The translations under genes and the position numbers were made by a program. From positions 150,474,001 through 150,538,000 of the forward strand of contig OX597814.1 of NCBI GenBank assembly GCA_951406725.2: 64,000 nt of DNA, written 5' to 3'. This document shows, piece by piece, positions 1 to 14,140 of this stretch. The notes under the pieces are model-generated. The model worked only from the letters and a program-made list of their open reading frames with translations, did not search any database and was not told the origin of the DNA. How positions within the stretch are numbered: position 1 is the first letter of the stretch; the number at the start of each line of letters is the position of its first letter. Source of the DNA: Octopus vulgaris. Its lineage: Eukaryota.

Positions 1-500
1 CCCTATAACAAAACAAACTGATGCAATGCAATACCTGGAGAAGTTTGCATTTCACCAACAACAGAAAAGTACACACAATGTTGCTCAGTCCCTAGCATCA
101 CGTAGGTGTTGCCTAATGCACGTATTAGTATGGGGATCATTTCTGCCATCAAGCCCCACATTCGAGTTACTTCTATTTCTAGATCTTTATATTCCACCGT
201 TTCCTTAAGATTTACATTGTCATCTGCTGGAACTGATATGTTGTTTAGAAGTTACTTTGCTCTTGGTGGTCGCTGACAATATCTGACGTATTAGTCTTGA
301 TCTCTCTATCAGTGTGTATTGGCATATCTAAGGGTACAGGTGCTTTGTCACTTTCTGAGACATTTTCTAGAGTATTTTTATACCATCTTTTCCCTGTTCT
401 CATTCTGTAGTGCTGGCACAGCTTCTAGTGTATATAAGTCCCAACTCTGTCATGTCTAGATGTATTCCTTCTTGGCCAGGACTGAACTAACAGAGACAAC
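1..500 (-). mobile_element. Degenerate 3' fragment of an R4/Dong-type non-LTR retrotransposon (restriction-like endonuclease region)
   Basis: The minus strand encodes EYKDLEIEVTRMWGLMAEMIPILIRALG. The upstream part matches the RHDRVG.YIH and PDIV motifs seen in the copy at 55650-56390. Confidence 0.85.
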
Positions 501-746
501 ATGATTTATTTATTTATTGATTGTTATTACTACAATCGCTATTATTACTACTATTGTTATTATTGCTACTACTTACTCCACATTCATCATTACAATTTCA
601 GTAGCCATTTTTTATTGCCTGTTACTCTGCACAGTCGATTGTAGCTGTGAATTTATATACGTAGTATTGGAAGTACATTATATATGATGTATTTACACTT
701 TACGTTATGTGTGTGTATATATACACACGTCCATCCTTTTTGCTGC

Positions 747-886
<140 letters not shown>

Positions 887-1009
887 CAAAGATATATACG
901 TATATACGTGTGTGTGTGTTTCTCTGTGTATGCACGTATATGTTTCTAAGTATCTATATATCAGCATCTCACTTTATCATTTTTATGACAGGTACATTCA
1001 TTTCAAGTC

Positions 1010-1195
1010 CTTCCTACAAGATATCTGTATATCAGACACGCGCACACTCACACAAACATACGCAAAAGGATTCCCCCATTTATTGTCGTCCATGGGAATT
1101 GATACATCGATAAGGAGATATTTCTTTTCCTGTTGGTCTTTGGCAATAACATATTGACCATTTGCCCCAAAGTTGCCTGCGTAAATCGCCACGTT
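1010..1195 (-). mobile_element. Small R4/Dong endonuclease-domain fragment
   Basis: Translation ENVAIYAGNF...IAKDQQEKKYLLIDVSIPMDD matches the ENVTILWDF...KVCLLIDMSIP motif of the 930-aa ORF. Confidence 0.7.
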
Positions 1196-1467
1196 CTCAC
1201 TCATCACCACTACTGCTAACATCATAACATATTATTGTCATTTTACGATTCTCGTTTATCATTCTATCATCCGCTCTGACCTTGCTATTGTACATACTTA
1301 TACCAACTCTTATCTCTGTTACATTATATACTTGTCAGTGTGAATGTGCGCACTTGCTGGCGTGTGTATTTTATACGTATATGTGTCAGGGATTGTGGTA
1401 CACACACACACACATATATATATATATTTATATATATGCGTATATTTATGGGTCTATATGTGTTATG

Positions 1468-1524
<57 letters not shown>

Positions 1525-2899
1525 TGTGTGTGTGTATGTCTGTGTGTTGTATATGTCTATATGTTATGCATGCATATATGTACGTTCTGGATATGACTTC
1601 AAATTGCATCTTGTAATGGGTCTGTGGTTCGAGAGTTCCAAAGTTATGGGAAGAGTGGAACCATCTCTTAGTCACTATTGTTCTCAGTTCTGCTCCGATC
1701 TGAAGTAGTAAAACCCGTCAAGTTCCCCACTACAGGTTACCTAGATTATCTGATGACAATCCCTCTGAGAACGAGGACTTAGAAATACCCTTGGTTAGTG
1801 TCAGAGAGCTCAGTAAAAACAGTTGTCACTACAGCAGTGGAGTACAGAGATTCAGGGATGTAAAACCAGTAGTTTCATGTGATTACTGGTCATCTCATTT
1901 CGGTATATCACTAGATTCTTATCACGGTGACTCAGAGAGTCATACTCGTGTTGTACAGTTGTTTATCACTGTAACCAAATGATGCACAGATGCTTCCTTA
2001 TGGTGACCTCATTTGTCATTTCATCTACTGAAAATCCTATGGCAATAGAAGAGAGGCAACATGTGCAGGCCTAACCAGTTAGAAGCAGATAACGACTTTC
2101 GTTTATCACTTAAGCTCCAAACTTTTCAGAACGGAAACAGTGCTGAACAACTGTCTGAGTGGACTCATACATGGAAGTCAAAAATGCTTTTAACAACTGG
2201 GAAACACAAGGAGCCTCAGTTATCTGTGAAGATGGAGCAATCACCGTATATGATCTACTTTTCTTAATTCAGAATAAATTTTGACCGATCACCTACATGG
2301 TAGCAAGGTCAAGAAGAAAGCATCATGTTTACACACCATTCTTTAAATCTTAAGAAGGCCTTGTAGATTTTTAAAGTCCCCAATATCGTATTCATTTGTA
2401 GCGTATGAATTAAGGAATTGCATTCTCACCCTAAGATCACAAGTTCAACGATACTTTGCTCCGTTGCTCTAATATTAATAATAGGTGTGAAGCTAAAAGT
2501 GTATCTTGGGTACAGAGGATCCAAATTCCTTGTCAACGGTCCATAAATGTCCTCTTTCTCTTGTAATATTCTGTTTTCTGACCACATTGGTGCCCAGAGG
2601 GCAGCTGATTTCCACAACAGAACATACATATTTCCTTGCATGCGTTTGTGTTTTAACTTGGTGGCTGTTTTGAGTTCCACCGCTATTTTTGTTACCCTTC
2701 GGTCTCAATATAGTCAACTTCGTCAGTAGGTGTTTTCTACGGAAACTGACACACAACGGAACTGAAACTGAAACGATGGCTGCGTTTATTATACAGACGC
2801 AGCCATGCCTGTGTCTATATATAGAAAGAGTCGAAAGCTTGGCATATAAGTCATCAACTGTACGCACTCTTGTTTCTGTAATTTGCAAAAACTATAACA

Positions 2900-4010
2900 C
2901 TAGCAGGAGCGGAACAATTGCATCATGTTTCGACGTGCTTCGCTTACTTCTCCATACTCTTTCAACTATTCACAAGCTAACTTATACCATCGGAGAAGGT
3001 TTTCGGCTAGTCCCGTAGCCACTTATGCACCGCTTCCAGCATTTTGTCCGTAGCCAATCGACGATCTCGTAAAGGCTGTTGAGTTTTCCCAAGATTATTC
3101 CAGCGGCTCAAAACCCAAAGTTTCAATGGTTTCAAAGCGTGAGCGTCTATATGTTGAAGTGCATTTTTGCGCAAAATTAATACTTCGTTTGACAATAGAC
3201 CTCGGTATTTGGTATGAACTGTTGATTTCAGTTTGCTGGCCAGCATTTTACTATATCCTACACTAATGACTCCTCTTCCAGTATAGGCCTTTTTGCGTCT
3301 CCCAGAAACGGGTAGAGTTATTTTCTCTGTTGAAAATTGAATTTTGAATTTATTCTTCGCTGGCATCTCCAGGTGTTTCCACTTCAAACTCTGCCTTTAG
3401 TATTCGTCTCCTGTGACTATTCTCTCCCAAAGGGCTCCTCCTTCGTCGTTGTAGCAGTCGAGTAAGCTTTGATAGATCTCCACACGATCACGCTTAGCTT
3501 TCTGAGCACCCATCTCGGCACGAAGCTTGTGGATGATTTCATATTCAGAATCATTTGCAGTGAACATACCACCTCATTATCTATCACATGTCGGTTCACC
3601 AGAACCATCTTTGGAGCCTTTGGATCTTCACATTAGTGGTGAAGATTGACGTATGTCCTGTTCCCACTTCATGCTTCATGCTTGTCAGACCGTTTTTAAA
3701 ATTCTCTATTCACTCACACACATTCCCACATTCCTGCCGTCTCTATATTATACTGAAAGTCTGACATAAATTTCAGCCCAAGGCACACTTTCAGACGAGA
3801 TAAATCGACTCACTGATCTCTGTTCTTCTTTGATGCGTACTGCCAGCGAAGAGGCCATATCTAGTCTTAAATACTAGGAAAAAAACTAGAGCGATCAATG
3901 TCAATTATAAAACAGCAAGAGTGCTACCTTTTAGCAAGCTGAATGAATTGCAACCAAAATAAAGTTAGTTTTGACGAAGGTGCGGATAATATTTTCTTTC
4001 CTTACACGTA
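2900..4010 (-). mobile_element. Degenerate mariner DNA transposon
   Basis: Fragments include FVPRWVLRKLS (WVP-like), MKWKHLEMPAKNKFKIQFSTEKI and EAVHKWLRD, with many stops and frameshifts. Ends are approximate. Confidence 0.8.
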
Positions 4011-4063
4011 CACACACACACACACTCACACACACACACGCGCACACACACACGCACGCACAC

Positions 4064-4146
<83 letters not shown>
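4011..4146. repeat. (CA)n microsatellite
   Basis: Seen directly in the sequence. Confidence 0.97.
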
Positions 4147-4150
<4 letters not shown>

Positions 4151-5215
4151 AAAACAAGTCTCAAAAGGTCTCAGAGAATAGTAGAGTGGAAATAGTATCT
4201 GACATGCTATTTTTTTATATCCAATGAGCTTTGAACACCTTGTCAATATACTGTTTTCAAAGACAAACGGGAAGAGAAACGTTTCCTTATTGATGAATCA
4301 ATCACTAATGTACATTAGTTGGTTACCAGGATATAATTGCAGACTCGTGCATTGTCTCAGTGCAGTTGCCACCGACTCGAGTGAAAGAACTCCCTCAACA
4401 CGTCCACAGAGTACTCTTTGTTGACAGTCTGGCTAGTGGGAATCCAGGGGATATAGATGATGGCCATGCTGTAGAAAATGGGTAGCACCACGAGCTTTCT
4501 GGTGGAGTTGTGTCTGGCCTCCTTGTGTCTGATAAAGCCAGTACGCTTCCATTGGGCATCGTTTCTTGGTCTCTGGGTTATAACAGTACATTCATCTTTA
4601 GTCGCAGGTTACCAGATGCTCAAATAATCTTGGACAACAAGAAATAGGCTCAGCCATCTTCTTGCTGTTACCGATGTGTCTTTCCTTCTGTTCGTCGCTG
4701 AACAACCTGGAAGCAAACTTTGCACAAATTTTGCGCATGTTCAGATAGTCATGAATAATTCCGTACAAAGTTGTCACACCTACTCCAAACTGTATACGTA
4801 TTGTGTTTACAGACACAAGACGGTGTCCAGAAAATTGCTAGGTCTCCTGCCGACATCTCTCATCGTCGGTAACCTCCTGTCTACCTTTCATAAACGTCTT
4901 GTGCCAGCGAAAAACTGATGCTTGGCTGGTATAAATTAATCCTTAAGCAGTCTAGAGCATTTCGTAAGCTTCTATCTCATTTCTACTCAGTTTAAAACAA
5001 AATATTATTGTATAATAAACTTCAAAATTATATTCACGACCCGAATACATCCTGAAAACTAGTCAGCTGTGACAAATAGTGTTTAGTAGGGTGTGTTCAA
5101 AATGCTATTACAGCTGTCTCCTTCAATCTCCTTATAAAATGTATAGCAATGATGTACTAAAATTAATTAGATAGGATACTTATAAAATCTCAGAACTTTT
5201 GGATTGTTTCTCGTA
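4147..5215 (-). mobile_element. Degenerate mariner DNA transposon (second family)
   Basis: IIHDYLNMRKICAKFASRLFSDEQKERH...LVTCD covers the HTH linker and first catalytic Asp. The ends form diverged inverted repeats (aaacaagtctcaaaaggtctcaga / tctcagaacttttggattgtttctcgta). Confidence 0.8.
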
Positions 5216-5576
5216 TATTTTAGGGAATGAAAATCCTCTCAGCAGTGATTACTGTGAAAGTTAGATGCATTTTTACCTCGTTGACCGTTATCAGTTGCCT
5301 ATAGTTAGAGTCAGCCACATGCTTAGACAGATTTTGTCACCACCGATATAAAGGAAAACAGTAAATAAACTTTCACTGGTGTTGCTAATAGTCTTTACTT
5401 TGTATTCGTTGGCTTCTGTGAAGATGGAAGATATTTCTGTGTTTTTAACACACTAGTATTAATCTTCCATTATTTGTTACTATTTTTGAAATCTTAGAAT
5501 TTTATGTATATTATTTGTGACTTGAGTAAGATATGACCGATATGATCATTTTTGCTACTGATATTAATTGCTATCA

Positions 5577-6220
5577 AAGGCGGTGAGCTGGAAAAATCGT
5601 TAATACATCGGGCAGAATGCTCAGCAGTGTTTTATCCGTCCTTATGTTCTGAGCTCAGATCTTCTTGTCTTATAACGACATTCACATAGGAAGGATTCAA
5701 CTGGCTTCTGTTGAGTTCACCGTGTTGTGAGTTCATAGGAGTTTCAAGGGACGATCAGAGTCCGCAAAAACAGTTCCCATCTGTATTCGTAAGCTACCAT
5801 ATATGACCGGTGGGAGGGCATCTTCATGTTACGACTTCTCGCTCTAGGAAGCATGCAGACGCGATTTAGAGCCACGAGGAAACCGTCGAGTTCCGGAACA
5901 GACACCACCTCGAATTTACTTTTTCCTTCCAGTTAGCGAGGTTGCGGCCCAAGCATCAATGGTGTCGGACCTGTCCGCTTTGGGTGGCCCTACTAGGAAC
6001 TCGAAGCCTCCAATAACATAGGTCTGACACTCGTTTAACCTTCCCACCACGATGAGCTCAAGTGTTGGACTTTGAGGAAGCTCAAATGCTGCAGAGATCG
6101 ACTTTGTCTTCCATCCTTTCGGGATTGATAAAACAGGTATGAGATGAAACTGGGGTCGATGTAATAAATGTAGCCCTACCCCCAAATCTGCTGACCCTGT
6201 GACAAATTTTGAAACCGATA
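5577..6220 (+). mobile_element. tRNA-derived SINE interrupted by an ~420-bp insertion
   Basis: The head ggcggtgagctgg...gttctgagctcagat resumes at about 6078 with ctcaaat...gtcgactttgtcttccatcctttcggg-like sequence. It is the same family as 61209-61438. Confidence 0.8.
5661..6077 (-). mobile_element. Short non-autonomous element resembling an RTE-clade LINE 5' UTR
   Basis: The minus strand has ctcatcgtggtgggaagg...ttcctagtagggccacccaaagcggacaggtc, which resembles RTE 5' ends. It is flanked by the imperfect duplication gagctcagat/aagctcaaat. Confidence 0.5.
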
Positions 6221-6302
6221 TTAATTACTAATATTATCCCAGAATTTTATGTCAATACCAACGAAGCTGGAATGAATATTATTGAGTATTAATGTAAAAA
6301 AA

Positions 6303-6303
6303 A

Positions 6304-6401
<98 letters not shown>
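6303..6401. repeat. (TTA)n microsatellite
   Basis: Seen directly in the sequence. Confidence 0.98.
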
Positions 6402-6402
<1 letters not shown>

Positions 6403-9388
6403 TGAAAAGCTCTTTGTAGAATGTGTCTTTTGGCCACACACTGTTTAATTGTGTTTCTTAATTTACTTACGCTTCTATATAGTCGTACGGAAGCCACATA
6501 CAGAGATCCTATCACTTCAGATTACCAATATCTTTTTCTACTTCCACCATTCTATTTCTAGTGTTTTCGGGCATCGCAGTATCGAGTATTACGTATTCTT
6601 TTGGCTTGTTGTTCTCTACAACGATAGCGACAACATCCAGTGTAATATTTTCTTTTACGAGGTCACATTCGACATTGAATCTCAGAGGATTTTATTCATC
6701 TTATTGTGGGTGATATATGTTTTATACCATTTTCTTAACTCGTATTAAACATTCCACATAATTTCTAGTTACTATTACAAGCAATAATATTATGCTTAAA
6801 AGATATTTGAATATGAAGTTTAATGTTTAGAAAAGTTCTTCATTATTAACTGTTAAACCTTTCAAAATCCTTTCTAACAGCAGTTTTGCACTATTGTTTG
6901 CCCGCCGTTCCTGACGTCTTCTTCGCATGTAATTATGTAACTGGTTATTTACAAGCTATGTAATATCGTACTAATGCAAAACCATTTTCACGTAACTTAC
7001 TCAGAAGAGGAAAACCAACACCCGCGACATTTTAAAATGGGAATCGGAAAATTATTGGGTGGAAGGAAAGTAAGTTTACCTGGGAATTTCCTGTGATGCT
7101 TGCGACAGTGTGTACTCCGCTAAAAGTGCCGAAGCGCCGAGTGGTGATAATGGTTGAGGTATCATACTAAAGATAAAAAGAATGAGGAAAGGATCATTGA
7201 ATTACAGAACTTATGCGAAGAGAATAGAGTGGGTAAAGCTCCAAATAGAGCAGGTAAAGCTCGAAAGAACCTTTGGCCTGAGTTGTTAAACGGCATACAA
7301 CTGTTTGTAGCAATGACATTAATAACATCTAAAACCTGTATGTCACATACGTGATGCCAACAACCATGTAAGGATTTCTTGGCGTTCTGTGTACAATGAA
7401 AGGAAAGAGATGATGTGCACTCCTAGTTACTCTACACCCACAGCAATTAAAATATTACATCTTCTGCAACAGCAACATCAGATGTAGGAACAGTATATGG
7501 AATAGCAACAAACCGTAATAACAACAAACTCAACAGAAGCAGCAATAGTAGCAAAAACATCAGCAAGAACAACAGTAGCAACACCAATAAAAATAAAAGC
7601 AACCGCAACAGTACATTAGACCTCAGTGCTCAACTGATACTTATTTTATCGACTCCGAATGGATGAAAGGAAAAAACGACATCGACGGAATTTGAACAAC
7701 GAATCTAATAATAAAGCCTGCCACCATCAAAAAAGTGTTTTCAGCAATGCTTTCATTATTGCAAACACTAACACAAGCGCAGAAAGACCCCCATCTCCCA
7801 TAAGGAGAGCATGTCATCTTGTCTTCTTGTTTTCTTTACCATTTGAAAAGGGACTGCAGGTTAAGAACGAGTGATACATGTATTTTATGTCGCGCTACTT
7901 TGTTTTTGTTTTGGTGTTGTTCTGAGAAGGATTCCTACTTTGAAGAGGTTAGCATTACACACTAGCGATGATTTGCTTGCGATTTTGGTTTTTAAATCTG
8001 CTGTTATCTCTGCTACTACTCTTCACGTTGCCCATGATCCTGATACTGTGAGTACGGTTGCTGTTCTGATTATGTTTTCAGCATGCCTGGTTGAATACAG
8101 AAAACTTTATAGTGGCTAGTGTAACAGCCACAACTTATATTGTAACTTCAGCCACAACTTATATTGTATCCCCATCTTCCAAATAAAAGAAGTGACGGAT
8201 CTTTGCCAAGTTGTCTAGTGTGAACAGCATCAGCAACTCAGGTCGTAGCTCCAATCACTTTTTGAATGGAGTAGATTTTGAAATGATAGATTCATTCTCC
8301 TCTAAGATAGGAGTAGAATATGTTATATTAATTTCTGGTATTTCATTCGTGAATGTGAGCTTAGTTATTCGCTTTTCGTTATAGGATGATTAGTCCACAT
8401 AACTCCGTAAGGTTTCCCGATTTCTCTGGCACATATATTTCTCCATGGACCCGAAGCCGCTCCGTCGCAGGATTGCTCATATTTACCAACTGAATATACT
8501 GAAGCAATGTTAAGCGAACTGTTTTGCTCAAGAACACAACGCATCGCCTAGTCCAACACCCTAACCTCTAAGCCATGCGCATCCATATCGTTATAGGTTG
8601 GTAGTAATAAATTTCTGTTGGGGGAGCCCTGCTTTATTCATAATCGTCTTTTCATCGGGGTATATATCCAACACAATATTGCTTGCCATCTATACGTACC
8701 TTGAAGAATCTCACATTTCCAGCATACATTCATTTTCCTATTTCTATCTGGATGTAAGTGAATATTCATTTTGCCCCCCCCATTTTTATGCTTCTATTAT
8801 TCAGGGCCCCTCTTTGTATTTAATTTTTCTCCGAATCTGGTAGTGCCAACAGATTTCATCGAATTAAACATATTGTATTTGAATTTGAAGTACTCTTTTT
8901 CTATTAATGAAGACACTACTTTATTTGTGTTTGGGGAAAATTAAGTGGTGACGGTCAGAGTAAAAGTGTTGTGGTTGTTATTGTTGTGGCTGTCATTAGT
9001 AACGGTGATAGTGATGATAATGCTAGAGTTGCTCTTGTAGCTGCTCATAATTGTTTCATTTACTGTCTCCTCTTGAATGGCGAATGTGGTGATGTTATTT
9101 TTGTAAATCAATAATTTTGGTATGTTACTGCTAATAATGTCCTTTTAATTTTAGCCTATTATTAACGTTTTAGTGTTTATTTCCATCTATTTTCTTCTTA
9201 TTGTTGTTGGTGGTGGTGGTGGTGGCAGTCATGATATATTGTTCTCTGCACTGTGGTGTGTTTTTATCACAGTTGTTCAGCAGACTATTGTTGCTGTATC
9301 TATTGTCAACCGTCCTTTTTCCAGATGCGGATGGAAAAGTGAATAACATTAAATGGAGGCTTCGTCCACACCGATCCCTTCACTGCTC

Positions 9389-10032
9389 GGATCTTTTCCT
9401 TTTGAACGACAGACAATTTCTAGTTAACTAAACACTTTAAAACTTCGTATACTGGTAGAATGTGTCAAAATAAAACATTTTTTCTCTTGGCTTTCTTGAG
9501 AAAATTGTAATTTGTTTGTTTAACGTAGTTTAATTTTTCGAATTTTAACCAATTCTATGCTCTCTTTTGAGCTAAATCATTTGCTGCGTCTAAAACTGAG
9601 ACAACATCCTGTAACTAACCCTAAACCTCCCCACTAACCCTAACCCTAACCCTAATTTTTCTTTTCTTAATTGTTAAATTAATTTAATTGTTACTCGTGT
9701 AAAAAAACTAAAGCAATGGAATTAAATTAATTTAACAATTAAGAAAAAACATTAGGGTTAGGGTTAGGTTAGGGGAGGTTTAGGGTTAGTTACAGGATGT
9801 TGTCTCAGTTTTAGACGCAGCAAATGATTTTAGTTGAATGGAGGTAATCGATTGGTTAAAATTGCCGAAATGCTCGGATTTAAGACGAAATATCTTACAA
9901 ACTATAGAATGTTCTCAATAAAACCAAGAGAAAATGATGTTTTGTAAACACATTCTACCAGTATACGAAGTTTAAAAGTGTTTAGTTAACTAGAAATTGT
10001 GTTGACATCTGCCGTTCAAAAGGAAAATATCC
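9389..10032. mobile_element. Fold-back MITE with ~300-bp inverted arms, internal TTAGGG-like repeats and an 8-bp TSD (possibly Merlin-like)
   Basis: The termini are ggatcttttcctttt.../...aaaaggaaaatatcc and the arms pair almost to the centre. The flanks are cactgctc (9381-9388) and cactgctt (10033-10040). Confidence 0.9.
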
Positions 10033-13000
10033 CACTGCTTTCTTGCTAAGAGAAAAAGTAATCGCCCACTAGACGATTTGCTAAGATACGAACCCAAGAC
10101 CCTAAAGAGTAAAAAGATAATTCTGACATTAAGCAAGACGTATATATAATAAAATAATATGTGTAACGAGGGCTACTCAAACATTTAAGACAATACAAGG
10201 AGAAAGCAGAGTGGGGACTGATAAACTCATGCAAACAATAGAAACAATATCACTTAACATAGGAATTATAACAAAATTTCATGATAAGGATAGAAGAAAA
10301 AGAAGAACAACATGAAAAATAAAAGAGCGGTAAAAATGGTTGAATGTCGAATAAACGGCTTGTTTTGGTATTCAAATTCGGCGTTACACGTTCGAAACTC
10401 AAACTCTCGCCAGAATCTTCACATCCGTCGCAAAACAAGTACCAGTTATATATTTTGGTTGAAGTGGTTGATTAAACTAATCCGGTGAAATGTTTGACGC
10501 GCTGCCAAAGTTAGAAATCGTTTTTGTTATATGTCATTTGTATTGCTTTAGAATTTATCAGGTCTCATGTTTTAAAATGACAGATTCACCTTTGGGAGTT
10601 CGACGTTTTCAGACTTTAATGTGAAGTGAATTTCATTTTCTTTTTGCAGCGAGTATAATGGCGTTGTATTTTACATTTTATACCTCATTTCCTTTCATGA
10701 ACTTCAACGAAGCCTTTTATACAGGTGCATATATTATATTGTATAAATAAATTCGAATTCTGATTTAAGGTCATTTCATTATCGTTAAGAACACCATTTT
10801 TCCCTGCCTGAGTGGGATTTTCAAAATTATCCCTTGGGAATGATAATTGAAAATAACAGATAGAAATTATAGTATAATTATGGTTAAGTTGTATAAATTT
10901 AGATCCATTTTCTGCACTGGGAAATCTCCAGTCTTATAAATCTCTCCGCTCAGATATTTCTCTTCTCTATGCTTTTAGTGTTTTAACAAAAATTATTTTG
11001 AATTGTAAAATATTCTCTCTTTGTCTAAACTAGCATTAAAACAGCTGCATCACATGCATCAAACATCAAGTCATGAAGCTGGTTGTTGGAATGAAGAATG
11101 AGATGATATATATAAAGTAATGTGATTAAAATGGACTGAATCTTTTCAGGTCTTTGTGAACATTTTTGATTAGTTCAATTATTAAATATTTCTTTTTCTC
11201 TGAGAATACAGAAAGTTAAAAGAAAAAAAATACTTTCACTTAAATGAAACAACTCATCTAAGTGGAGCGTAATTCTATACGTGATGTGACTTTCCAAAGG
11301 GGATTTTTAAACATTTTAAGATCAATTTTAATGCATTTGTGTGCTCACAAAACGAAAACAAAAATCTCCGTAAATGATATTTTATCATTTCACATCAAAT
11401 ATTCTTGTAACATCATTAAAGTCGCACACATACATCCTCATGTCCACGTATACGTGTGTAGAGATGAACAAAAACAGACATTCATATGCAAGCAAATGAT
11501 ATTCATAGATGGATATGAACATTAGAAGAAAAGAAAGAGCAATTATAATATTCTTGTTTTTGTTTTTTTAAGAGCATTAACGATAGCCATGATGTGTTGC
11601 TCTATTCATAAAATCATGAATACAATAGCGCTAATACGTTAATGATGAGTACCCTTGATTGCCATTTTTAATTGTTTTTATATTAGTTATGCCTTTATCA
11701 TTGGAGAAAAACATGGCCTACCGACCTAGTTGGGGTGGAAGGAGAAAGTTACTCTCAGTCTTAAAGTTAAATTTGAAAGCTTACAATATAGGGGACATTG
11801 CTAAACTCACCCAAGATCCATGTGGGTTTGCTAAACCTGGTAATGAATTAAGTTTAAATCCAAGAACATACACAATCCATCTATTGATATTCAATGTAGT
11901 CACAGTTTCCTTTTATCCAATTCCAAATGTTGACTTCAGAGGAGAGTAGAAGTTATACTCCAAAGATACTCCGCAATTAGATAGAAGCTCGAACTTCATG
12001 ATTACAAAACGAACTTCTGAATTATTTGGCTAAGTTTGCGATTATTGTACTAGACAAGACACATTCGTAGTTAAATGCTTCTATAGTACCCCTGCACTGC
12101 ACATGCAAATATACACACGCAAATGTTCCCAAACATACAAAAGCATGTACATCTATATTGCGTTAATGAATTTCGCGCAAATCATTTGAAGACTAATTTA
12201 GTTTCACTTGAGAAAGCAGCTGAACTGTAGGCTTTGAACTCGTGATTGATGCTATTATACGGGAAAATATTTGGCGTGCCCAAGATTTTATGTTGTTGTT
12301 AAGTTACAGTTGTTGTTTATATCAAGGTTATCTCTCACAGAGCATACTTGAGATAAAAAGCAATCCAACTGTGACGGGACTCTATATTTCAGATATTATG
12401 CATTTAAGACAGCATGCTGCTGTGATAGCAGCCAAATTCTTTCAAATCATACTCAAATATCTTATATAAAAGGAGAAACATTAATTTTCAGCTTGGAATC
12501 AAGAATGTCGCAAGATACAGAAAAAGGGAAATTGATCTTGATTGCAGCGCATGTGATCATATGTCCCCTCAATCAGATTTGACTTGGGACTGAACAACAA
12601 TAACAACAATATGTTGACGCAATCTATCACCCATCTTGCTTTCGAATACTTTCAGCGGCACCTACTCTATTGAAAGCATTTAGAACAGAAGTCCGTTCTA
12701 AGGATAATTTACTTCCTTTTGCTAACTTGCATCATAGGAACCTGTAAAGAATTCTCTGTCTAATCCTTCTATGAAAAATTATACATAAATACATGGTCCT
12801 CCATATGAGACACAAATGCTTTGCTTATTGCAAACTTTCAACAGAAATGGCCATTGGTTACTTTGTAGAAATATCCATGAATGAGACAGAGATCGTTAAG
12901 AGAAAATTAATGAGCCAATCAGCAAATAATTATCTTTCCAGTCGATATTCACGTGTTCATTTTTAATTAGGAATTTTCCATTAATGCCAGAATTTATCTC

Positions 13001-13699
13001 CTTAAAATTTAATTGCTCTTTGAGAACTCCAAATTTAAGAAGTCCTACGGATGTGCATGTGTTGCTTTTATTATTTGAAGTTGTTGTTATATAACACCAT
13101 GTCTTTCCTAATTGGGTACGTCTGCCACCAAACAGCATCCCAGCCTTGACTACCTAGGTATTTGGGGGTTATGTAAGACTACATTAACCGCAGTATCTTT
13201 TTCTTATTTAAGACGGCAAAGTGTATTTCATGAGAGATTTAGTTGCTATTTCTAGCGCGTCGATTAAACACATAAAGGACAGCTTGTTTGCACAAACGTA
13301 TAGTATGAGGTTTTATACAAATCAAGTTTCTTTTCTCATTAGCTTATACCAAAAACTTCAGATTTAAAAATTACTATTTCGCTGAACAATATATTACATA
13401 TATATGTATATACAAAAAAAAAAGTTTATTTATTACTGAGTGGCAATTTTCCAAAACTTTTATTATCAAATGTGCCAGGTGAAAGCGAAAGATTACAAAA
13501 TAAAGAGTGGGGGAAGGGAACAGTCGCTGCTATTAACATCACTACAATAGTTGCCAGGTACGTTTAGTAGCGTTCTCCTGCTTGTGAACATTCGGGGCCG
13601 TTCTGCAGTCTGAGATGAATTTTCCTTCATCTATCTTACTGGTCTAGGCTGATTGACGTAGCCATTACCCCACCTAATCTGACAATATGTTGAACATAT

Positions 13700-14140
13700 T
13701 AGTTTCAAATTTTGATACAGGGCCAGCAACTCAAGAGAAAGAGCTAAATCAATTAAATCGGCCGCAATACTCAACGGGTACTTATTTTATCGACCCTGAA
13801 AGGATGAGAAGCAAAGTCGACCTGGGGTCGAATTTGAATTCAGAAAGTAGAAACGGTCGAAATGCCGCTAAGTATTTTGTCCGTGTTAACGATTCTGTTA
13901 CTTCGGCGTTTTAATAATAAATATGATAATTCTGTCTAGTATAGGCAGAAGACCTGAAATTTTAGGAGAGAGGTTAAGTCGAATGCATCGACCCCAGTAC
14001 TCAACTGATACTTAATTTATCGATCCCAAAGGATTAAAGGCGAAGTCGACCTCGGCCGAATTTGAATACAGACAGTAAAGACGGACGAAATGCCGCTAAT
14101 TATTTTTGCCTGGCGTGCTAACGATTCTGCCAGCAGGCCG
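13700..14140 (-). mobile_element. Two adjacent SINE copies
   Basis: Reverse-complement matches to the SINE body (atcgacc...gtcgacct...gaatttgaa...aaatgccgctaa) occur at about 13700-13910 and 13935-14140. Confidence 0.85.

Noticed and set aside
1745-1785. CTGATGA motif (also near 33332, 43172, 57979 and 62469)
   Set aside because: There is no downstream stem II plus GAAA or closing stems, and several lie inside coding sequence.
8125-8170. Short duplicated cagccacaacttatattgta
   Set aside because: It is a two-copy micro-duplication with no spacers or other structure.
9612-9790. TAACCC/TTAGGG runs as a telomere or fusion site
   Set aside because: The runs are short, imperfect and symmetric inside a MITE that has a TSD.
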